This document shows positions 13,744 to 24,756 of a stretch of DNA of 64,000 bases, in pieces. Position 1 is the first letter of the stretch. Each line of letters begins with the position of its first letter. Source of the stretch: Octopus vulgaris (Eukaryota); contig OX597817.1 of the NCBI GenBank assembly GCA_951406725.2, positions 52,514,001 through 52,578,000 of the forward strand. The letters run 5' to 3'. The position numbers and the translations under genes are program-made. The notes under the pieces are model-generated. The model worked only from the letters and a program-made list of their open reading frames with translations. It was not told where the DNA came from and made no database searches.

Positions 13744-16036
13744 TAATCCTTTCTACTAAAGGCACAAGGTTTGAAATTTGGGGAAGAGGAGGGGAGTAGT
13801 AAAATTACGTCGACCCCAGTGTTTCACTGGTACTTCACTTATTGATCGCGAAAGGATGCAAGGCAAAGTCGACCTTGGCGGAATTTGAACTCAGAACATA
13901 GTGATGGGTGAAATACTGCTAAGCATTTCGCCGTGCAGGCTAGTGATTCTGCCAGCTCACCACTTTAAATAATTCTTTCTACTAAAATTTTGGGGGATTG
14001 GGACGTGTTTCACAGGTACTTATTTTATCGACCCTGGAAGGATGAAAGGCAAAGTCGACCTTGGCAGAATTTGAACTCAAAATGTCAAGACAGATGAAAT
14101 GCCACTAAGCATTTTACCCAGCATGCTAACAACTCTGCTAGCTCACTGCCTTAATGGTGATAATAAATTATATATACATTGGTGAAATCATCATCAGCAT
14201 GCCCATCTCATGCTTGCATCATTGACTAGAGGGTTTTCTTCACATCATCATTTAACATCCGTCTGCTTTCCATACTTGCAGGGTTTGAATGCATTGTTGT
14301 GGCTTGAATCAGTTCTTATTGTGACTTACTCCCAGATAGGCATGTACATTTTGCACCTATCATTTTTGGCATGGCTTATATAAGTTTGATGCCCTTTTTG
14401 TGATCAACCACTTTACAAAATATACTGGATTCATTTTTATTGTGGCACCAGTACGAGAAATATCTTGTATTCTTGTCTCCATGTGAATCCAAGTGCAATG
14501 TATATTATTTGTACAGAGTTGAGGACACTGATGTTGCTTTCTACATGGTTTTACAGTCATAATTGATAAGAGAGAGATGCAGGTAACGGATAAACTACTA
14601 GACAGATCTAGAATAGGAATCCACAAAATGGGAAAGGTTTATATGCTGAGAGAGGAAAAATCTTAAGTATTGGCCGAGCTCTTCATTGGAAGGGTCAGTG
14701 AGATGTGACTGTGGCAAAAATATGTACAGCATTCTATTTTGGTAGAAGAATGAAGTGTTCTATTGTCAGTAATTAGGAATTCTGTTCCACATCTGTAAGA
14801 AATTTCCTTCACTACTCATCTTTTCCCTTATATCTCTCTTCTTAACTACCCACACATACACAGAGTAAGTCCAAGAATAGAAGTTACATTCCTTCCTTTA
14901 TTACAGTTGTTTCAACAACATGTAGTTCAGACCCACCATGAATGTAACTGATTGTGTAGTATGTGACATTACAATATATTACATGTAATCCAAGCTCATC
15001 TCATCAGACAAAGGCTAACCAAAGGATACAGCTTAGATTTACAAATCCCATTTTGCCTGATGTATATATGTTATGCGTTTGTGTCTGCATGCATATATAA
15101 AAAAGAAAGACAGGTGTAACAACATTATGTGAGGGAAATAAAATAACTGCAATATTTACTAACTAATCTACTGACCTCAAAGAATGATTTTAACCAATGC
15201 CATCAATAAGCCATGAGAATGTAATCATTCAAAAACCCAACAGAGAGTTGGCACCCAAATCCAGTGCTGTTTGTAGATATCCATTATTATCACAAATGTC
15301 GTTATGGTTTCAGAGAGGATGTTGGGATCTGTTTCTAGTTTATTTCTCTGCCCGGCCATAATCACACACAAACAAGCACTGTGTGGTTGATTAATGAAGA
15401 GTTGCCAAAATTTATTCCAGGTTTGAGACATTTGTCTTTGAATAATCTCCTTGGTTCCATTAACAAAATCCTCTTGAGAACAATTTCTAAAGGATAGTAA
15501 TGAGTCACGAAAGTTTTAGGAACCTCTCTAATCAAGGAGATCAAATGGGCCATGAATACATGTCAAGTGATCAAATACTACTGACCAAAGCAGACTGGAG
15601 AAGTATCAGTACATTGGCGTGGTCAGTACTGTTCATAATTGTCTAAATGGGATGAACAGTTCAAGACTGTCCAGCTGTCTGAAGTCATATTTAATAGTTA
15701 ATATCAACAGTCTTGAAGTGTGGTCAAGGACTTGAAGTGGTTTTGGTTAGCAGCCAGTAGATTCTATAGAAGTGGCCAACATATTGATAGGCAACAGAAT
15801 GTATAGTGGCATGGTGAAGAAGGGCCAAGATATTAAAACCTTCCACAAAGCAATCCATAGTTTATGGTTGTATTGGTTAGTTTAAATTACAGTCAATATG
15901 GGTGGACATCAGTTTAGAAATGTACAATTGAGGAATAACAGATTATGTGGGTACACATAGATACTTAATGAATATAAGGCAACAGAAATATTTCATCTAT
16001 TTTACAGAAGTTAAAGAAATTTTTTAGAGAAAATAA

Positions 16037-16440
16037 GCGTAGGAGTGGCTGTGTGGTAAGTAGCTTGCTTACCAACCACATGGTTCTGGGTTCAGTCCCA
16101 CTGTGTGGCACCTTGGGCAAGCGTCTTCTACTATAGCCTCGGGCTGACCAAAGCCTTGTGAGTGGATTTGGTAGACAGAAACTGAAAGAAGCCCGTCATA
16201 TATATATGTATGTATGTATGTATGTGTGTATATATGTTTGTGTGTCTGTGTTTGTTCCCCCAACATCGCTGGACAACTGATGCTGGTGTGTTTATGTCCC
16301 TGTAACTTAGTGGTTCGGCGAAAGAGACCGATAAAATAAGTACTAGGCTTACAAAGAATAAGTCCTGGGGTCGATTTGCTCGACTAAAGGCGGTGCTCCA
16401 GCATGGCCAGTCAAATGACTGAAACAAGTAAAAGAGTAAA
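16037..16440 (+). mobile_element. Full-length tRNA-derived SINE (family A)
   Basis: gcgtaggagtggctgtgtggtaag (A box), gggttcagtccc (B box), conserved body and tail ...gaaacaagtaaaagagtaaa. Other copies at 32670-33097, 9870-10045 and 43026-43180; tails at 7015-7143, 63120-63175 and 63440-63550. Confidence 0.85.
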
Positions 16441-18050
16441 AACCAAATTGTAATGATGATGATGATGATGATTTTGTGTTACATATCTGTCTGACTATTT
16501 AATAAAATAACAGAATAAAAAACAAGACTGTATATAATGTTAGACTGTGTTAATGAAGAGAATTGTTAGTATTTAAATTAACAGTTTATCAAATTAACAA
16601 TATCTCAAACGTTACTTACAATCAGTGTTTAGCAACACAAAACCCATCACGAGTTTGCTAGGGAGCTGAAGGAATCAAAGGGAGCTGATCTCAATGTGTT
16701 CAATGTATTAACTAAAGATAAATAATAAACCACAAATTCACACATTGTCTTGGAAACAAGAATAGAAAAAGGATGGATGAATTACCAATAAAGAATTGGT
16801 GGAGACACGACCAATAGAAAGAGAGGTCTTTCATAAATTCTCAAATACTGATTTGGTTACCTTTCTGCTAGAGATCTTACAGATTAAAATAATCTATGGA
16901 TAATCAGAAACAACACAAAATAATATTGCCAAGGGAATTTAGTAAAATAACTTGGTTATAATTAAGCTAGTGTTAGGAGCATATATTGTGACTAAGGTTT
17001 GGTGGAAGATATTAATACTAAACTTATGAAAACAAGACATTTGTATTCCATGTATAGGGAACTTTGAATGGGGTTAAATATATACCAGCATCTATTTTGC
17101 CTTAATGCTAGATCAAGGATACTTTGGAGCCATCTGATATGGAATACTTCCAGTTGTCTGATCTGATTTAGTACCAATAAAGGGTCCAGCACTTAGACTC
17201 ATTCATACAGGAGGATGGATGCACACACAGCTTTATAAATAGAGGTTTTTGTACTTGCTCTGTGTGCATATTATATAAAGCTTGAAAATACCAATTACAT
17301 TTTCTTCATTTATTTTACACACACACAGACACACACACATACTATTCCATGTTGCAGACTTGATAATTGCTGAGATTTCTGTTGGCATTAAACCAATGGT
17401 AGCCTTGCTAACCTACAAATAAAGAATACTTATCCAGCAATGCAGTTTTAAGCATTCATTCTCACTGGTCAATATTAATGTAATGTAATATATATATATA
17501 TATAGTTGAGGAGTTTGTTTCCTTCTTTACAATTTCCTTTTGTTCCTTTCTTTCCTTGCAAGTTACCTAGCAACCTTGCTTGTGTTGGTGGCATGAAAAA
17601 AAAAAGCACTGAGTATGCTCTGTAAAGTGATTAGTATTAGAAAGGGCATCCAGCTGTAGAAACCATTCCAAAGTGGCTTTACAGATATTCAGATACTATC
17701 AAACTGTCCAACCCATGTCAGCATGGAAAGCAAATACCAAACGATGATGATAATTTGATAATTGTGTGTGTGTGTGTAGTTAAGGAGAGAGAATATATAT
17801 CTGTTATATATATAAGACAAAGTAATGAAACAATTTCTATATAGTGAAATTATAACAAGGTTAGTACAAGTGTATATTAAGTGAACAGTAATTGTAAATG
17901 ATGTATAATATTAAAAAAAAGTGTGTATAGTAACAATGTAAATGTGAAATAATTCCACATTCACTTCAGATGTTTATTTAACTTGAATATTACAACAATA
18001 ATGTTCTTCATGGTGGAGGTTATACCTCATCCCTATTTTGTTATAAATAA

Positions 18051-18085
<35 letters not shown>

Positions 18086-18370
18086 TATATATATGCATAT
18101 ATCTGTGTATGCATACGTGTTAGTTATGGTATGTATGTATATTAAATTGACTGAGTACACAGCATTCTGGACAGCTGGAAAGATTCCAGAGAGATATTAG
18201 AGGAAATAAATCATTAACGATGCATTTAATAGTAATAATTATGACAGCCAATGTAAAAGAAGTTATGTAATGCTTTAGAAAATTGTATAAGGTGGTCAGA
18301 ATTTGACTATTATAATAACGTGTATTTCTGATGCATATGAAATATGTGTGTGTGTGTATACATTTTTATA

Positions 18371-18589
18371 TATGAAGGGGTGTTGAAAATTTCCTGGCTT
18401 TAAGGGTATCACAAAGGACCTGGTCGGAGGCCCAACCTTCCAAGTTTTTTTAAAGGGTTTAGAAAAACTGAAGGACTACTGCAATAAGTGTGTGAATCTG
18501 AGAAGAGAATATGTTGAATAAAATCATAATTGATCCTCCTGATTTTTTCTTTTACCCAAAGCCAGAAACTTTTCAGCTCCACCCCCTCG

Positions 18590-18591
<2 letters not shown>
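18371..18591. mobile_element. Mariner-type MITE
   Basis: TA-flanked TIRs: gaaggggtgttgaaaatttcctggctt / aagccagaaacttttcagctccaccccctcg. Confidence 0.6.
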
Positions 18592-18622
<31 letters not shown>

Positions 18623-19769
18623 TCTGGTATTAGTTGAATTATTTTAAAATTACCTCATACACTGTAGCATTTTGTACTTCTATTTTTTGTTTATATTGTA
18701 TTATTAAATTTATTTTATCTCAGTTCAGTCTTACAGTCCATATTTTAATTTAAAAAAAAAAGAAAATTACAATTTCTAATTTTGCAAAACAACAAATTTT
18801 TTTTTCTTTTGGCAAGGGGAAACAAGGGTGGGGGGAATGTAAATCAATTGTGCTGACCTCAGTAATTGACTGATGTTTTATTTTATTGACCCTTTAAAGG
18901 ATCACTCGGTAAAGCTGACCCTGATAGGGTTTGAACTCACAACATCCATAATTAAATCCAAGTTCTTAATCTATCCTTTTACAGTGTCTGCTACTCCTTT
19001 GCCCTAATACGTTTGTCGACACAAGTAGAAGGATTAGATTTTCATGGAAGTCTTTACAATAGAACTGTTTTTCTCTTGAATATTCTGCGTATGTTCCCAC
19101 AAAAATAATTAAACAAAAATCTTCAGTATTTAGACCCTGACCTCAGTCTTATTTTATAAATATATTGCTGTTTGTCCACTCTGTCTGTCTGTGCCATTCT
19201 TCTCTCATAGGTCAATTTCTGTAATGATCCAGTCATAAGGACAGATCTTAGAAACTTCCCATAATTGGAACTGATTAGAGAAAATTTGGTAATTCTGACC
19301 TTTTATTTTTAAAATATCTTTTTTTAGTATTTTAAATTTCTTTTTGTCTATTTTCATTCAATGTTTTAACAACAATTAAAAATGCTTACAGAGCCATTAA
19401 TTGTTGTTATTTCTCAAGATTAGTTCACCGATCACTTCTAAAAGAACACAAGGTCAATTATTTAGAAGTGGCCAAGGACAGGGAGGAAATAAATTGGTAA
19501 GGTAGGTAGTTGGCTAGCTAGGCAGGTAGACAAATAGCTAGGAAAATAGGTAGGTAGATAGATAGATATTCCAGGTGTATTTACATAGTTGAGTCAAAGC
19601 TGATGGTGTCAGAGGAACTTTGGTCAGGTTCCAAGTTTCCATATCTGAAAGAGAATTGTCATAGGAGTATATAGGAAGAATCAGAAGTTTATGTGTGAAA
19701 GAATTGTCTGATAACAGCGCCCTCTGGTGATTTCTACATGCTGTTTCATCTATCTAATACTCTGGATAT

Positions 19770-19814
19770 TCAAGACTGGCTATCTTTAGACCAGTTGGTG
19801 TCTTTTAACTTCAC
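19770..19814 (-). CDS. COBL: Cobl-like terminal coding exon (VKLKDTNWSKDSQS*), completing the WH2 LKGV (LKKV-like) motif
   Basis: Long polypyrimidine tract plus ttttcag|GTG acceptor. Phase 0 matches the previous donor; 15 codons to TGA. Confidence 0.75.
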   Translation of the reverse strand: MKLKDTNWSKDSQS

Positions 19815-21473
19815 CTGAAAAGAAACAGAAAAAAAGAAAGTGAAGAAGAAATAAAAGAAAAACCTTTCAGAAAAAATTTCAAAGAAGAATTAATTTAAAA
19901 GGAAGTTTTTACCAACAAAATTGTCTTCTTTTGCTGTTTTCGGTCATTCAACTACAACATTCCAGGGATGCTCCTTTCAAGGGTTTTAAATATCAACACT
20001 AGGACTTAGTTCAGGCTGGTACTAATTATATCAATCACTATTTCTTGAACTACTAAGTTATAATTATGGGAGATTACAAAAAACAACCCAGTTTTTAGAC
20101 TGGTATAAACACACACACACAAATATATGTTTAACACCTCAGTCCTGTTCAAGAGTGAGGTGTTATACTTTCTCAGTTGCTTATATGCCATACAAACCAA
20201 AATAATCTCTGGTCTACTGAGCCTGTAGGACTGACAGATCTCAATTCTTGTCCACAGTGCCATGCAATGAGATCAAACTCAGGGCTACATGGCTGAACTC
20301 ACCATGCCTCTTAATTGTCCTTTTTTCTTTTTCTTTATTGAAGCAATTCTAGGGTTGCTATTTCAGTGGTTGATTTCTGATTTCACTTCAGTTTTTTTCT
20401 AAACTGAAAGAATTTTTCAGTAATTTAATCTTTTATACTTCTATATGTGGCTGAAGTGGGAAGACCAAAAATGGCTTGAAAGTCATAACATACCGGCAGG
20501 AAAATAACATCACTAGGTAAGACAAGCTAACACTGAATTAGCTTCGCTCAATGACAGGTGACGGTCTTGTTTAGAGAATGCGTGGGCTAAGACTACGCAC
20601 CTTCATTGGTCAGTTAAAGTTAAGACAGTGTCACGTGACAACTTGCTGGGATGCCTGCTGGAGCCTAGCAGCAGGTATTTAAAGAGAAATCTGACAAGAC
20701 AGTCAGTCGCCCGCTGACACTCGTTGACGCTACATCGAAGAGGCCAGGGAACAGAAGAAAGAAGAAGAAAGAAGACATGCACCCAACACCAGAGCTGAAG
20801 ACACCTCCAAAAGCGAGTGGTGGTGGTGGTGGTGGGGGGGGGGCACCACATCAAAACGGTAGAAAAGTAGGGGCCGAAACCGGATGTGGTTCCTCCTGAT
20901 GATGTCTTGAGCTAACTGGAGCCTATAAAGGAGCTGTTGTGGTAGCAGACCACGAAACACAGTTGAAATTCCTCCTAAAATTAATTTTTTCTTTTCTTTG
21001 AATCAGTTTATTTTTTTTATATATTGTTGTTTCAGTTATTTTTCAATGTTGAGCCACAAATTGGTAACTTTTTGTTTTACAGAAAAAAAAAGTTGAACTG
21101 ATATTATCCACTGAATTAATTTTTTTCTTTATTCAGGGTGGGGCAGAGAGGACAGGCATTTTTGAAATGGTTATTCCTCAACCCCAGAGGAAGAGACAAA
21201 TGTCTGAACAGATACCATTCTGTCCATGATGTCTTAGCATTATTTTTTTCTTTTCAGATGAAGCTAGGGTACTGTGGATGATAGAGCATGCCAGCTTAAT
21301 TTGAATTTCTCTAATTAACAAACATTTTATGGACTCACAAGTGGCATTGTCCTGCGATTAATCCCTTAAAGATGAGGCTAAAATATTACAATCATTAGGC
21401 GTGTACTTAGGATGTTGTCACATTGAGCAGGTAGAGATTCAATCAGAGATTCTTTCATTATTGTGCGAGATCC

Positions 21474-21684
21474 TTAACCCTCTGGCATTAAAACTGGCCA
21501 TATCTGGCCCAAATATTCTTCTTATTCTATGTCGAAACTGGCAATATCTACCCTACAATATCATTCGAAAAACAATCACATCTTCGAAATCTTGAAGCTA
21601 CAAGATAATGCATGACTAATTTTTTAAAAATGTGGATAAATAAGCATTACATTTGATAAATTAATCAGAATGCTAAAGGGTTAA
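21474..21684. mobile_element. piggyBac-type MITE, second family
   Basis: ttaaccctctggcatt ... aatgctaaagggttaa terminal inverted repeats with TTAA. Confidence 0.6.
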
Positions 21685-22426
21685 ATTTGAAAACGCTTTG
21701 TTGGTTTATGTATCAGATCATTATCATTATTTTACATCCATTCTCTATGCCGGCATGGGTTAGATGGTTCAACCGGAACCAGCATTTCAAGAGCAAATAA
21801 TTTCTAGTAGTTTTCACTGTTTTGTGTGGATTTCCTAATTACAATACTATGTAGTGTTATTGATGGAGATTCTGTTATTAAGGTAGAGGTTGAGTAACTA
21901 GGGAAACAGTCCTGAGCTGTACACCGAAGTGGAATGTGGCTGCCATGTTGAATAGAAAGCAATAATAACCAAAACAAATCTTGCTACAATTGAAAAAAAT
22001 AAAATAATAAAATAAAATAGAAACCATTGTGATTGTAAATATAATTAGATAAACCACTTTATTAGAGGAGAGTTTTTATTGATTATTGAGACGCAAACAT
22101 GTTTTTACATACCTTGTATTTGATTAACTATAAGTCTCAGATCAATAATGCACCTTCAGGATTCCAGTACTCAAGTTACTGGAGATGAACTAGGAATATA
22201 TATTGATGATTGTGGGATTGGTGGTAATGGTGGTGGTGGTGGTGGGGGGGCAGAGACAAGGATTGTGGTGATGGTGGTGATTGTTGTGGTGATGGTTGCT
22301 GTAACAGTGTTAGGTAAATGAGTCAGTAGATGCTGTAGTGGTGTTAGAGTTGTGGTGATAGTGCTAGTGCTCTGTATAAAGGTACAGGTTGGCATTAAAA
22401 AAACAAACTTAAGATGTGTGTGTGTG

Positions 22427-22479
<53 letters not shown>

Positions 22480-23884
22480 AAAAAAAAGTCAAGGTAGAAA
22501 ATGCTAAAATAATTTTATGAAAAACATTTATTTCTTTATTGCTAACAAGGGGCTTACATAGAGGAGACAAACAAGGACAGACAGTGCATAACTGGTACTT
22601 ATTTAATCGACCCCGAAAGAATGAAAGGCAAAGTCGACCTCGGCAGAATTTGAACACAGAGCGTAGCGGCAGATGAAATACCACTAAGCATTTCGTCCAG
22701 TGTGCTAATGTTTCTGCCAGCTCGCTGCTTTTATAAAAAACATTTCAGTACTGTTTTCAGTCATTGAGACTTTTTCAACTATGGGAAACAATTAAATCTT
22801 GGAGAAATTAAAAGGAAAGTTTTTTGAAAAGAATATTTGCATAGTGTTCAAATACAAGGGGAATTTTCCTTGTTTCTGCCTATCTCTGTCTCTCTTGTGG
22901 GTAAATATGTGTGTGTGTCAGCATTGTCCTTTAACGTCTGTTTTTCCATGCTGGCATAGGTTTGATGGTTTGATTGGAGCTGGCAAGCTGGAAAGCTGCA
23001 CCAGGTTCCAGTCTGGTTTGGCTTGGTTTGTAAATAAATGTATATCTATATATGTGTGTGAGTGTGTGTGTGTATGTGTGTGTGTGTGTGTGTATGTGCA
23101 TATGCTGGGGAGGGCATGGTTCTACAAGTGTCTACACATCTTTATTTTTAAATGATAAAAACTCTAAAGCAGAACTAGTCATGGTGTCTGGTGTCAGCAA
23201 AAGAAATAAAAGTGACGTTTGTAAGTCACAGAGAAGTAGAATCTGACATTTTGGTGTCATTCCTTCACTTGGTGGGGGGGGGGAGAGAAAGAGAAAGAGA
23301 GAGAGACAGACAGAGAGAAAGAGAGAGAGGTAATGTCCTGAAATGTCAAATTCCACTTCTTCCTGTGACATACAAACTTATTCCAGGTTAACAAACTTTG
23401 CTTTCTTTCAAAAGCTTGAGTATCTAAGGAGGAAGAAAAGGAACTATAGACCAACTGTACGAGAGCAGGAGAGACTTGGAGTAGCTCAGGAGACAGAAAG
23501 ATTACAAACCTTAGATTAACTGCCATCTTTATATACAGTGTTCTTGAAGAGGAGAGAGAGAAATATCAATATTAATGGCTTAGGGATTAATATCAATGGC
23601 TTAGGGATTAACCATGAACATGAAATAATAATGGTTGATAATGATGCCATCAACAATAATGATGTCTGATAATAACAACTCGACATACAAACAGATATAC
23701 CAGGATTTCTCCACCATTTTTAAATCTTTGGTTCCTATTTTACACAGATGGACTCTCCAAGCCATCTGATCTTTAAAAAAATCATAGTATATTTTTATAA
23801 TTAAGATATTAGGAATGGTATATTTGTAGAAGTATGACCAATCTATTGCAGATAAATTTTAACAACAAAATATTATAAACGTTG

Positions 23885-24307
23885 TTTACATTTGACGGAT
23901 ATTTGTTCTCATCTTGTTTGTTGTTAACACAACGTTTCGGCTGATATACCCTCCAGCCTTCATCCTTCCTCCAGTCTTGGGGAAATTTTGAACCTGGGTT
24001 CTCATTCCTGAGGTATTTTTTGATGTTGTTATTATTATTATTACTATTCAGGGCATATGGTGTAGTGGTTAAGTGCGTGGGCTACTAACCCCAAGATTCT
24101 GAGTTCGATTCCAGGCAGAGACCTGAATAATAATAATAACAACATCGAAAAATACCTTAGGAATGAGAACCCAGATTCGAAATTTTCCCAAGACACCTGA
24201 AGAAGGCTGGAGGGTATATTAGCTGAAACGCTGTATTAACAACAAACAAGATAAGGACAAATATCTGTCAAATGTAAATAATGTACATAATTCCTCATCT
24301 CTTAAAT
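23885..24307 (+). mobile_element. tRNA-headed SINE with hammerhead-bearing tail, preceded by an inverted copy of its tail
   Basis: Head 24051-24120 (tggtgtagtgg A box, gagttcgattcc B box). Tail 24121-24307 is mirrored at 23885-24050. HHR motif gacac-CTGAAGA-a-ggct..agct-GAAAC at 24192-24237. Confidence 0.8.
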
Positions 24308-24756
24308 CTAAGTCTTACAGAAAAAAAAACATCTTTACTTTTACTTGTTTTACCTCGGTGGAATTTGAACTCAGAATGAAAAGACAGATGAAATAGTGTT
24401 AAGCTTTTTGCCTGGCGTGTTAACGTTTCTGCCAACACACCGCGTTGTAAAAACATTTCTTTGAACAAGAAAATTTATCTGGAATATCAAGAAGTGAGGT
24501 CACGAGATGACAAATGATGAGTGAGATCATATGGTGGGAGTCGGAGTGGGACCATGAAATGACATGAACCGAGTGAAACTGAATCAAGGGTGAGTGAGGT
24601 TATAAGATGATGGGGTTGAGTGAGGCTATTAGATGGAATTGAGTGAAGTTACGAAACAATGGGACTGAGTGAGGCTTCAAAATGACATGGTTGACATGTA
24701 TTAAACTAGGTTTGCTATATGAGTGACACTATAAAGTAACAAGGCTGTCAACTTAC

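Noticed and set aside
24051-24120. Functional tRNA gene
   Set aside because: A/B boxes are present but there is no proper acceptor stem; it is a repeated SINE head.
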